Shown: positions 38,861 to 47,492 of the stretch, piece by piece
Layout: each line of letters starts with the position of its first letter
How positions within the stretch are numbered: position 1 is the stretch's first letter
Assembly: GCA_963708025.1 (NCBI GenBank)
Contig: CAVPSB010000029.1
Coordinates: 32,001 to 96,000, forward strand
Direction: 5' to 3'
DNA from: an uncultured Candidatus Rokubacteria bacterium
Lineage (GTDB): Bacteria; Methylomirabilota; Methylomirabilia; Rokubacteriales; DASRDR01
Length of the DNA: 64,000 bases
Made by a program: the position numbers and the translations under genes
Notes under the pieces: model-generated
The model's database searches: none
What the model was told of the DNA's origin: nothing
Seen by the model: only the letters and a program-made list of their open reading frames with translations

Positions 38861-39859
38861 CTAGCCGACCAAGTCTCCTCGCGGTACAGTCGAACCGGCC
38901 GGCTTCAGATCGACATACCCGGCCAATAAGAGAAGGAAGACCTCCCACACCTCGGCCAGGCTCTTGGTCTGGAAGATACGGGCACGGGCGCTGGCCGCGT
39001 GGGCCAGCCCTTCGGTGTACCAGGCCAGGTGCTTCTGCATCTGTGAGAGCGCGTACCGGCCAAAGCACTGCTCCTGGATCAGGGCCATGTGCCGGCGGAT
39101 GACGCGATCCTTGTAGGCGCGCTTGTCCTCGGCCCCCAGCGCGTCGAAGCCCTCGTCAAAGATCCACGGACTGCCCAGCGCGCCGCGGCCGATCATCACC
39201 GACTCGCAGCCCGTCTCGGCGACCATGCGCCGCGCCTCGGCCATGGAGCGCACGTCGCCATTGCCGGTCACTGGGATGCCCACGGCCTCCACGACTTCGG
39301 CGATGATGGACCACGGCGCCTTCCCCGTGAAGCGCTGCGAGCGCGTGCGCGGGTGCACGGTGATGGCATCCACGCCTTCCGCCTCGGCCATCCGCGCCAC
39401 CTCGACGGCGTTCAGGTGCTCGTCGTCCCAGCCGCCGCGGATCTTGATGGTGAAGGGGACCGAGATCGACCGGCGCATGGCGCGCAGGAGCTGCGCCGTG
39501 CCCGACACGTCCTTCATGAGCGCGGCGCCCTTGCCCTTGCCCGTGATCTTGCGCATGGGGCAGCCCATGTTGAAGTCGATGATGTCGGCGCCGAGCTCCT
39601 CGCAGCGGACTGCCGCGCGGGCGAGGGCCTGCGGGTCGCACCCGAGGAGCTGCATCGCCAGCGGCCGCTCCTGCGGGTAGTACGCCGCCATTTCGCCGGC
39701 GCGCGGCGTGTCCATCAGGATCGCGAAGGCGTCGATCTCCTCGGTGGTCGTGAGCCCGCTGCCGCACTCCTTGGCGATGAGCCGGAAGGGTGCGTTGGAG
39801 ATGGCCGCCATGGGCGCCAGGCGGCAGAGCTGGGCGATCTCGATCTGACCGATCTTCAT
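38861..39859 (-). CDS. dusB: tRNA-dihydrouridine synthase (DusB-like)
   Basis: LAPMA, DFNMGCP, TIKIR.GWD, VHPRT, GNGDV, MIGRGA. Confidence 0.88.
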   Translation of the reverse strand: MKIGQIEIAQLCRLAPMAAISNAPFRLIAKECGSGLTTTEEIDAFAILMDTPRAGEMAAYYPQERPLAMQLLGCDPQALARAAVRCEELGADIIDFNMGCPMRKITGKGKGAALMKDVSGTAQLLRAMRRSISVPFTIKIRGGWDDEHLNAVEVARMAEAEGVDAITVHPRTRSQRFTGKAPWSIIAEVVEAVGIPVTGNGDVRSMAEARRMVAETGCESVMIGRGALGSPWIFDEGFDALGAEDKRAYKDRVIRRHMALIQEQCFGRYALSQMQKHLAWYTEGLAHAASARARIFQTKSLAEVWEVFLLLLAGYVDLKPAGSTVPRGDLVG

Positions 39860-40063
39860 GAAGGAGGCGGGCTCAGACCCGGCTCACCAAGCACGCCGCG
39901 GTGACGGCGCCGCGGCCGACGCCGGCCGCCTGGCCCCGCCACGTCGAGGCGAATCCGACGGACCTCTGGGTTCATTCGTGTGCCCGACTACCTCGCCAGC
40001 CGGGGCCACCGCGCTCCCCCAGGGATGGCGAGAACGCGGGGCACCGCGGCGAAGCGGGAGCCG

Positions 40064-40618
40064 CTACTTCACCGGGATCATCAGGTGCTGATACGGTGTG
40101 CCCGGCCACATCACATACGGCTTCCGCGGGTCCTCGGCACTCTTCGGGTACGTGTCCGCCATCGGACCGGGATTGAAGATCATGACGTGCGCGCCGGTGT
40201 CAACCCACTTCTTACCGGCCGCCGGCTTCGTGGCGTACGGGTCGTCGTTGCTCGCGTCCGAGCCGCCCATCAGCATGTACCCGAAGCCGACCCCGGCCGG
40301 CGGCTGGGTCTTGCCCATCCACGCCTTGGCCCATTCCATCCCGGCCTTGTCGAGGCACATCGGGTCGTTGCCTGGAGTCGTGTGGTTGTCCGGCATGCAG
40401 GTGAAGGACCCCTTCCCCTCGCGAAGCACCTTCATCTGGCCCTTCTCGTCCATGTCCACGATGGTCGCCTCCTGGGCGACCGCCTTGGGAGCCGCCGACA
40501 TCGCGTTGGCGATCTTCTCCTTGTCGGTCTTGGGAGGGGCATGCTTGGGCTGAGCGATCCCCACGCCGGCCAGAGCGACGACGGTCAAGAGGCTGATCGG
40601 GATAGCGCGTAGCGTCAT
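40064..40618 (-). CDS. Exported hypothetical protein
   Basis: Signal peptide; AMSAAP, PMC.D, GYMLMGG, GAHVMI, PYQHLMIP. Confidence 0.75.
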   Translation of the reverse strand: MTLRAIPISLLTVVALAGVGIAQPKHAPPKTDKEKIANAMSAAPKAVAQEATIVDMDEKGQMKVLREGKGSFTCMPDNHTTPGNDPMCLDKAGMEWAKAWMGKTQPPAGVGFGYMLMGGSDASNDDPYATKPAAGKKWVDTGAHVMIFNPGPMADTYPKSAEDPRKPYVMWPGTPYQHLMIPVK

Positions 40619-40796
40619 GGGTCACCTCCGCTGGAATTGAGCCTCACGTACGTGCGTTCCGTCCGACAACAATTATGGCCGAGCACGGTCAGTGGTCAAC
40701 ATCGAAAATGTGGCGGCGATCCCGGTCAAGAATGGAGGTCGTCGCATGGCCGAGGGGGTAGCCAACATAGTGCCCCGTGCTCGGCCGCGACGGGGG

Positions 40797-41046
40797 TTAA
40801 TTGTAGATGTTCAGCGCTTTGAGGACGGCGATCAGGATCACGGCGCCGATGATGCTGATGATCCAGGCGCCCACCGAGCCGACCGTCACGATCCCGAGCG
40901 CTCCTGCCAGCCAGTGGCCGAGCCGCGGCGCCGACGATCCCCACGACGATGTTGGCGATGATGCCCATCTGCGCGTTGGTCTTCATGAGGAGGCTGGCCA
41001 GCCAGCCGACCACTCCGCCGATGATGAGGGTCACGATCAGGCTCAT
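40797..41046 (-). CDS. GlsB/YeaQ/YmgE (transglycosylase-associated) membrane protein, frameshifted at about 40924
   Basis: [19 protein letters not shown], then (other frame) [18 protein letters not shown]. Confidence 0.8.
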
Positions 41047-41152
41047 AGTCCCTCCTTTTCGGAGACCGGCTCGTTCGAGCGAGGAATCAGCGGCCCAATC
41101 ATAGCGCAATTCGCCCGAGGCGGGTGCCGGCGAGTTCCGGGGAACACGTGTT

Positions 41153-41500
41153 CTACCCGCGGGCGATGCCCTCGACGAGGCGCACGTCCGCGGCGGAGAG
41201 CTCGAGCTCGAGGGGGGTACGAGGAGGGACAGGCCTGAGGCCGGTGGTGCCGGGAGGCCGGTTCGACCCCTGTTGCACCGCGTTCCGCGGGGTGGTCAGG
41301 GCCCGCCGCAGGACGCGATCCAGGTCCTCCTCCAGGGCCCAGTCCGTGTTCTGCCGGGTGCGCTCGCGCACGTCGAGGAGCGCGGGGACGGCGATGGTCG
41401 CCCCCGAGGCGCTCGAGGGCCGCGAGTACCTCAGCGATCTCCGCGTCCGCGCGGGCCACGTCGGCCTTGAAGCGCTCGGGATCGGTCGGGGGACAGGCGA
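41153..41500 (-). pseudogene. Headless, frameshifted gene remnant of unknown identity
   Basis: Coding-like DPERFKADVARADAEIAEVLAALERL / TIAVPALLDVRERTRQNTDWALEEDLDR with no start codon or RBS. Confidence 0.4.
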
Positions 41501-41510
41501 GCCTGCGCGC

Positions 41511-41675
41511 CTAGCTCTTTTTCGACGTCTGCGCCATGAAGCCGCCCAGCTGCGGCATGACCTTCGTGCCCTTGCACTTCGGGCACTTCACGTTCCCCTT
41601 CTCCCGCTCGGCGATGGTCATGATGAGCTCGAAGGGTTTCCTACACGTCTCGCACATGAACTCATAGCGTGGCAT
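41511..41675 (-). CDS. FmdB-family zinc-ribbon protein (54 aa; missing from the ORF track)
   Basis: MPRYEFMCETC..FE...VKCPKC; GAGGAG RBS. Confidence 0.85.
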   Translation of the reverse strand: MPRYEFMCETCRKPFELIMTIAEREKGNVKCPKCKGTKVMPQLGGFMAQTSKKS

Positions 41676-41738
41676 GGTTGACTCCTCGTTCTTGTCTGGC
41701 GCCCATGCCGTCCCAACACACGATTCCGGGCCCAGCCC

Positions 41739-42563
41739 TCAGGCTACAAACGGCGGGATGGGCGGAACCTCGAGAAGCTGTTCCTTCACGTCGATGACGC
41801 CAGGGACGGCTCGCGCCACCTCAGTCGCCTTCTCCAGGGCGGCCGTGCCCTCGAGCCGGATGACGCCCTGCTCGGCCTCCACAGTGATCCGGTACTTGCG
41901 TGTCTCCGGGTGCGCCGCCAGGGCGGCCCGCACCCGAGACGCCAGCGCCCGATCGCGCACGGCCTGGCGCGACGCCTCCGTCGCAGTCAACTCCGGCTGG
42001 TGCAAGAGCCCGATAATGAGGCCAACTCCCGCTTCGAACGAGAGCTTCTCGGTGGTGATCACGAGATCGTACAGCGCCGGATCGCTCCAATTCACGTCGA
42101 AGAGGTACCGCATCCGACCGGACTTCTCCCGGTCGGTCCGCCGCACGAACTCGGCCGCCGCCCGGGCGTCCACGCTCTCCCCCTCGTCCGCCATCTTCTT
42201 CATCACCCGTCGAACCCGCAGGTCGAAGGGTCCCCGCACGAACACGCGCAATACGTGCGCGATCCCCTGGAGGAGCACCTGTCCGCTCCGGCCCATGATC
42301 ACGGCGTTGTCCTGCTCCGCCACATCCAGCACGGCCGACTGGAGAACCGTGATGTAGTGACGCGTCTCCACGTCGAACCGCTCGAGGAATGAGGGCTTCG
42401 TCTCGTCGAGTTGCGCCAGCCTTCCCTCGAGGCACCCGTACCGTAGCGCCGCGTGCGAGATCATGTCCTGGTCCACGTACCGATATTCCAACCGCTCGGC
42501 CAGTGCCATGCCGATCACGGACCCGCCCGCGCCCATTTCGTGGGAGATCGTCACAATGGCCAC
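41739..42563 (-). CDS. Cytidylate kinase-like family protein with C-terminal BON domain
   Basis: VTISHEMGAGG, VIMGR, D..LYDLVI; BON: D.ALASRVRAAL..GVIRLEG..VPGV.DV. Confidence 0.85.
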   Translation of the reverse strand: MAIVTISHEMGAGGSVIGMALAERLEYRYVDQDMISHAALRYGCLEGRLAQLDETKPSFLERFDVETRHYITVLQSAVLDVAEQDNAVIMGRSGQVLLQGIAHVLRVFVRGPFDLRVRRVMKKMADEGESVDARAAAEFVRRTDREKSGRMRYLFDVNWSDPALYDLVITTEKLSFEAGVGLIIGLLHQPELTATEASRQAVRDRALASRVRAALAAHPETRKYRITVEAEQGVIRLEGTAALEKATEVARAVPGVIDVKEQLLEVPPIPPFVA

Positions 42564-43081
42564 ACCACACCTCCGATCCAGGCGGAGCGCCGCGAGTCTC
42601 GCCCCGGCGTGAAGGATCCCCGGCGGGGTGCCGCCCCGAAGCTTGCCCGCCGACGGTCACCCGTGCCCCCAAGACTCTGAGCGCCCTTCGACTCCCGCTC
42701 GGCCGGGCTCGGTGGTGGACCACGACGCGCCCGGCTCGCCCCCTTCTTCGCGGCCGAGTCCACCGGCGGCCTCGCGATCTTCGGTCCAGGGCCCGCGCCA
42801 TCCCCCCAGCGTGAAGCTGTGCAGCCACCCAAGGGGCGGCCCTCGAGATCCTCAGGCGGCCCCAGCGTGCGTGCCTCCGAGACAGCGGAGTGCGTCACCG
42901 CCATCGGTGCAGTTCTCCGCCGACGGCGTTGCACTCATGCCGACCAACGTGCCCCCTCTCGAGGTGGCATGCCCCACCACTGTATCTTGCGGCCGTACAG
43001 GGAGGACACGCCTCTAGAAGTCCCACGGCCTCATAGTCGTCACCGAGCGGCGAACATCCCCTGCGGCTTCTGAGGCTGACC

Positions 43082-43180
43082 TCAGTTCGGGACCTCCGCC
43101 CCCCCCCCCTTCGACGGCCTTCGGCCTGTGGCCGGGGGGAGGGGGGAGCCGGAGGACCCCATTCCTTCACACGCTCTCGG
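43082..43180. repeat. Repeat family 1, copy D (one GGCCGAAGGCC module)
   Basis: TCAGTTCGGGACCTCC...GACGGCCTTCGGCCTGTGGCC...GGAGGACCCCATTCCTTCACACGCTCTC. Confidence 0.85.
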
Positions 43181-43322
43181 TCTGTTCCGGCTCGGTGGAG
43201 AGACATACGCCCTCGCCAGCCATCTCAGTGGCTGAACGAGGGCGTCAGTAGGTTGTCCGGTGACCCGATCCAGGGGCATCGCTGCCTCCCCCGAGGGTCG
43301 GACGGTCACGGTTGTGAGGAAG

Positions 43323-43351
43323 ACGCTACTGCGTTACGCAAAGCACGTCAA
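43323..43351 (-). promoter_or_regulatory. Sigma70-type promoter with palindromic operator in the spacer
   Basis: TTGACG-17 nt-TAGCGT on minus strand; TGCGT(A)ACGCA palindrome at 43330-43340. Confidence 0.5.
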
Positions 43352-43527
43352 GCCCTTTGCTGTCGCCGGGCTGAACCATTCCTCCTTTACACGGAATCGC
43401 CGTACGTTCCCCACACCCCGCAGGAATATTGTCTGACACTGCCTACGTCGGCGGGCCTGGCGCCATGAAGGATCTTGTCCAAGAGACCGACGCGGGCCGC
43501 CGCCCGCCGAAGGCTCAGGCGGCCGGT

Positions 43528-44583
43528 CTAGGCGTGGTGATGAGGATGGCCGCGCTCGTAGTGGGCGCGGAGGAGATCGAGGCCGAAGTCGCGCTTCGGG
43601 TCGTGCCAGACCGAGTGGATGTGGTTCGCGTTGTTCTGGGTATTGTCGTACTCGATCAGCAGGGTCGGCCCGTGCAGCCGATAGTAGTGGGCCCGGCCCG
43701 GCTCGATCGGCCCCGCCCACGCGAAGTGGATCCGCTCGAGTCCGGCCTCGCGCATCCGCCGCAGCTCCTGCTCGGCCAGCTCGCCACGCATGTTGCGCGC
43801 GTACTCCTCGATGAGCTTCGCGGCCAGGCCGCGCTGGTCACCGGTCATGTCCGCCAGGGCCAGCCCCGCGGGCGCGGCCAGGCTGTCGGAGCGGCCCGGG
43901 CCGGTCACGATGTCGCCGAGGGACTGCGCGGCGATGACGGTGCGGGCGCGCTGGGCGTCGGTCAGGCTCCGGGCGAGGGCGCGCCCCAGATCCTGCTCGG
44001 CGGCGAGCGCGCGCAGCCCCTGCCGCGGGCCCGACGGCACCTCGGCGGGATTCGCGCCCATGAAGGCCGGGGTCACCGCCACCGGCTGGCCGGGGACGAG
44101 GGTGAAGTTGAGCGAGAGATGGTGGCCCTCGGCGCGCCAGCCCCAGGGGGCGGCGGCGCCCGGGTTGCCGAAGACAGTGAAGGCGTAGTTCTCGGGATCG
44201 CGCGAGAGCCCGAAGGTCTCGATCCGGCGCAGCACCTCTTCGAGCTGGATGACGTTCACCGCCTTGCCGTAGCCCGCGGCGCTGAGGCTCGCCTTCATCA
44301 GCTCGTGCGCCGCGGCCCGCGCGGGCGCCGGCATCGCCTTGAAGGGCACGCCTTCACGGCCGCGCGGGACGTAGTGCCAGTTGAGCCGTTCCTTGTCGCC
44401 GAAGGCGAACACGGCGCGCTTCCGCGCCTCGGCGGGGAGCGCGCCCAGGAAGGTTAGCGCGGCGGCCGCCATGGCCGCCGGCGCCGCGTCGCTGGCCTGG
44501 GCGAGCGCCGGACGCGGGAGCGCGCCGGCGGCTGCGCTCGCCGCCAGCCCGTGCAGCAGCCGGCGGCGGCTGAGGTGAGCCAT
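43528..44583 (-). CDS. DUF3500 domain protein, Tat-exported
   Basis: SRRRLL Tat signal; WHYVP, WGWR.EGHHLSLN, YYRLHGP.LLIEYDN, NHIHSVW.D..DFG. Confidence 0.88.
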   Translation of the reverse strand: MAHLSRRRLLHGLAASAAAGALPRPALAQASDAAPAAMAAAALTFLGALPAEARKRAVFAFGDKERLNWHYVPRGREGVPFKAMPAPARAAAHELMKASLSAAGYGKAVNVIQLEEVLRRIETFGLSRDPENYAFTVFGNPGAAAPWGWRAEGHHLSLNFTLVPGQPVAVTPAFMGANPAEVPSGPRQGLRALAAEQDLGRALARSLTDAQRARTVIAAQSLGDIVTGPGRSDSLAAPAGLALADMTGDQRGLAAKLIEEYARNMRGELAEQELRRMREAGLERIHFAWAGPIEPGRAHYYRLHGPTLLIEYDNTQNNANHIHSVWHDPKRDFGLDLLRAHYERGHPHHHA

Positions 44584-44586
44584 GGG

Positions 44587-45240
44587 CTAGGAGTACTTGA
44601 CCGTGCAGCCGTACGCGCGGGTGACCGGCGTCTTCACCGCCTGGCCGGACGCCACCGCCTCGAGCGCGGCGCGCACGTAGTTGTTCGCGCCCTGCACGTC
44701 GGCGCGCCGCGAAGTCGGCCGGTCGTCGATGGCGCCGGCGTAGACGAGCGTGCCAGCCTTGTCCACCACGTACATGTGCGGGGTATTGGTCGCGCCGTAG
44801 AGCTTACCGGCCGCGCCCTTGGTGTCCAGCAGCACCGCGGTGGGCGCCGCCTTGCGCGAGGTGGTCAGCTCGTCGGCCTGAGCCGGCGTGACGTAGCCCT
44901 GCGTTCCCGGCACCGAGGAGATCACGGTGAGCCACACCACGCCCTGCCCGGTGGCCTCGCGCTGCAGGCCCTGCATGTTGCCGGACTCGTAGTGCTTCCG
45001 GACGTAGGGGCAGTCGTGATTGGTCCACTCCAGCACGACCACTTTCCCCTTCTGCGCGGCGAGACTCATGGGCGAGCCGTTGGTGGCGCTGACCGTGAAG
45101 TCCGGAGCAGGCTGGCCGACCTTCGCGGTCGAGGCCCACGCCGGCAGCGTGGCGGCGAGGGAGGAAGCGGCGCCGGCCACGACGAGGCCGGTACCGGTGC
45201 GGGCCAGGAAGCGGCGACGGCTCAGCAGTTCAGGCGTCAT
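44587..45240 (-). CDS. Tat-exported thioredoxin-fold/peroxiredoxin-like redoxin
   Basis: SRRRFL; VGQPAPDF, EWTNHDCPYV, TPHMY, YAGAIDD, YGCTVK. Confidence 0.85.
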   Translation of the reverse strand: MTPELLSRRRFLARTGTGLVVAGAASSLAATLPAWASTAKVGQPAPDFTVSATNGSPMSLAAQKGKVVVLEWTNHDCPYVRKHYESGNMQGLQREATGQGVVWLTVISSVPGTQGYVTPAQADELTTSRKAAPTAVLLDTKGAAGKLYGATNTPHMYVVDKAGTLVYAGAIDDRPTSRRADVQGANNYVRAALEAVASGQAVKTPVTRAYGCTVKYS

Positions 45241-47375
45241 AGCGTCTCCTTGTCGATAGCTTCGATGATGGTGCCTTCGCTCAGGATCTGCGGGAGCACC
45301 CGGGGCTCCGGCGCGGCCGTCTGGCCGGACCGGGCGGGATAGACGACGTAGAGCGGAACACCGCTGCGGCCGAAGGAGCCGAGCACCGAGGCGATCTCGG
45401 CGCTGCGGCTGGTCCAGTCGGCCTTGAGGTAGACCACGCCCTGGCGGGCGAAGGCCTCGGCCACCGCGGGCGAGCGGAGCGCCACGCGCTCGTTCACCAG
45501 GCAGGTGATGCACCAGGCCGCGGTGAAGTTCACGAAGACCGGCTTTCCCTGCGCGCGCAGCTCGGCCAGCCGCTTCGGGGAGAAGGGCTCCCACCGGACG
45601 CCCTCGGCGAGGCCGCCGGTGGACGCCGCCGGCGGGCTCGCCGCGGCGAACGGCGCCAGCGCGATGGCCACCGCGACACTGCCGAGCGCGATGCCGGTGG
45701 CGGCGCGGCGCCAGCGCGGCGCGGCGGCGCGCCCGGCGTGATGCACCCACGCGGCGAAGCCGATCAGCAGCAGGCCCACCAGCACGAGCGCCACGCCGTC
45801 CGGGCCGGTCTGGCGGCTCACCACCCAGACCAGCCACGCCACCGAGGCGTAGAGCGGGAAGGCGAGGGCCTGCGCGATCCGCGCCATCCAGGGTCCCGGC
45901 CGGGGCAGGAGCCGGCGCCACGCCGGCACCAGGCTCAGCGCGAGGAAGGGCAGGGCCAGGCCGAGGCCGAGCGCCTCGAAGACGGCGAGCGCGGCGGCCG
46001 GCGGCTGGGTGAGCGCGTAGCCCACCGCCACCCCCATGAATGGCGCGGTGCAGGGGGTGGCGGCCACGGTGGCGAGCGCGCCGGTGAAGAAGGAGCCCGC
46101 GTAGCCGGGACGGGTCGCGAGGCCCTGGCCCATGCCCGTGAAGCGGCCGCCGATGACTACGAGGCCGGAGAGGCTGAGCGCCAGGGTGAAGAGCACGTAC
46201 GCCAGCACGGTGACGACCAGCGGGGACTGGAGCTGGAAGCCCCAGCCGATCTGGGCGCCGCCAGCGCGGAGCGCGAGCAGCGCGCCCGCCACCACGGCAA
46301 AGGACGCCAGCACGCCCGCGGTGTAGGCGAGCCCGTGCCGGCGCACGACGGATGCCCTCGCCTCGGCGTGTCCGACGAGCGCCAAGGCCTTCAGGGACAG
46401 CACCGGGAGCACGCATGGCATGAGGTTCAGGATGAGGCCGCCGGCCAGGGCCAGCCCCATCGCGGCCAGGAGCGACAGCGACGGCCCCGCCCCGGAGCTC
46501 CCGCCGGCCACCGCCGTGATGGCGAAGGCCTGGCTCACCGGGCCCTGGTCGAGCTTCTCCCGGATCACCAGCACACCGTCCAGGTCCGCGGCGGCGCCAT
46601 CGGGCAGGAGCCCGCGCGCTGCGCGCAGCGTGATCCCGTTCCTGCCGATGGTGACCTCCTGGGGCGCCGCGTGGTCGATCACGCCCCAGCGGCCCGGGAA
46701 GAACCAGACCTCGGCGATGCGGTCGGCGACGAGCCCGGGGGCGGCCACCTCGATGCTCACGGTCTCGGCGGTCGCGTGAAGAGCGGCGGGCCAGGGGCTC
46801 GGCGCCGGGACCGCGCGCCGCGCCCGTTGGATCAGGGGCGCTCCCGTCGCGTCCGGGGCGGGCTTGCCGGCGATCACCGGAAGCGTCAGCGCCACGTCCG
46901 CCTCTTCCGGGATGCAGATCTTCTCGCAGACCAGCCACGCGACGTGCGCGCGCAGGGCGGTCGGCGTGCCCGGCGCGAGCGCGGCGGGCGCGGTCAGCCG
47001 CGTGAGCAGCACGACCTCGTCAGCGTAGCCGTAGCTCATCAGCGGCGCGACCGGCACGCGCTCGGGCTGCGGGAAGACGAGCGGGCTGGCTTGCCAGCCC
47101 GCGGGCAGCGCCCAGTCCACGGTGGGCGGCTCGCCGGAGTCGCCCGGATTGGTCCAGTAGGTGTGCCAGCCGGGCGCGATGCGCTGCCGGAGCCCCACCC
47201 AGAAAGACGAGCCGGGCTCGATGGACGCGGCCTCGCTGAGCAGGGTGACGGAGACCTTGGGCGGACCGGGAGGCGCGGGGTTCTTGACGGTTGGCGTGCG
47301 CGCCGGCTGGGCGGCCAGCCCGGATCCGGCCAGCATGCCCACGATGAGCGCGGCGACGAGGAGCCGGATCGCCAT
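45237..47375 (-). CDS. dsbD: DsbD/ScsB-like thiol:disulfide interchange protein
   Basis: GWHTYW.NPGDSG, VCEKIC, NLMPCVLP, ATPCTAPF, WCITC. Confidence 0.88.
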   Translation of the reverse strand: MAIRLLVAALIVGMLAGSGLAAQPARTPTVKNPAPPGPPKVSVTLLSEAASIEPGSSFWVGLRQRIAPGWHTYWTNPGDSGEPPTVDWALPAGWQASPLVFPQPERVPVAPLMSYGYADEVVLLTRLTAPAALAPGTPTALRAHVAWLVCEKICIPEEADVALTLPVIAGKPAPDATGAPLIQRARRAVPAPSPWPAALHATAETVSIEVAAPGLVADRIAEVWFFPGRWGVIDHAAPQEVTIGRNGITLRAARGLLPDGAAADLDGVLVIREKLDQGPVSQAFAITAVAGGSSGAGPSLSLLAAMGLALAGGLILNLMPCVLPVLSLKALALVGHAEARASVVRRHGLAYTAGVLASFAVVAGALLALRAGGAQIGWGFQLQSPLVVTVLAYVLFTLALSLSGLVVIGGRFTGMGQGLATRPGYAGSFFTGALATVAATPCTAPFMGVAVGYALTQPPAAALAVFEALGLGLALPFLALSLVPAWRRLLPRPGPWMARIAQALAFPLYASVAWLVWVVSRQTGPDGVALVLVGLLLIGFAAWVHHAGRAAAPRWRRAATGIALGSVAVAIALAPFAAASPPAASTGGLAEGVRWEPFSPKRLAELRAQGKPVFVNFTAAWCITCLVNERVALRSPAVAEAFARQGVVYLKADWTSRSAEIASVLGSFGRSGVPLYVVYPARSGQTAAPEPRVLPQILSEGTIIEAIDKETL

Positions 47376-47386
47376 CGTGACCGAAC

Positions 47387-47485
47387 CTAGGGGCGCGGCT
47401 TCACCTTCTCGAAGAGCGGCAGGTACTGGCCGTACCCTTCCTCCTCGAGCTTGGCGACGGGGATGAACCGCAGCGCCGCCGAGTT
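47387..47485 (-). pseudogene. msrB: C-terminal remnant of methionine sulfoxide reductase B
   Basis: Manual translation NSAALRFIPVAKLEEEGYGQYLPLFEKVKPRP*, the typical MsrB tail; rest absent. Confidence 0.75.
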
Positions 47486-47492
47486 GAAAGGC

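Noticed and set aside
42670-42720. tRNA suggested by TTCGACTCCC
   Set aside because: No cloverleaf or acceptor stem can be built
42880-42945. Fluoride riboswitch
   Set aside because: Only superficial similarity; nested hairpin lacks the pseudoknot layout, and no crcB-type gene follows
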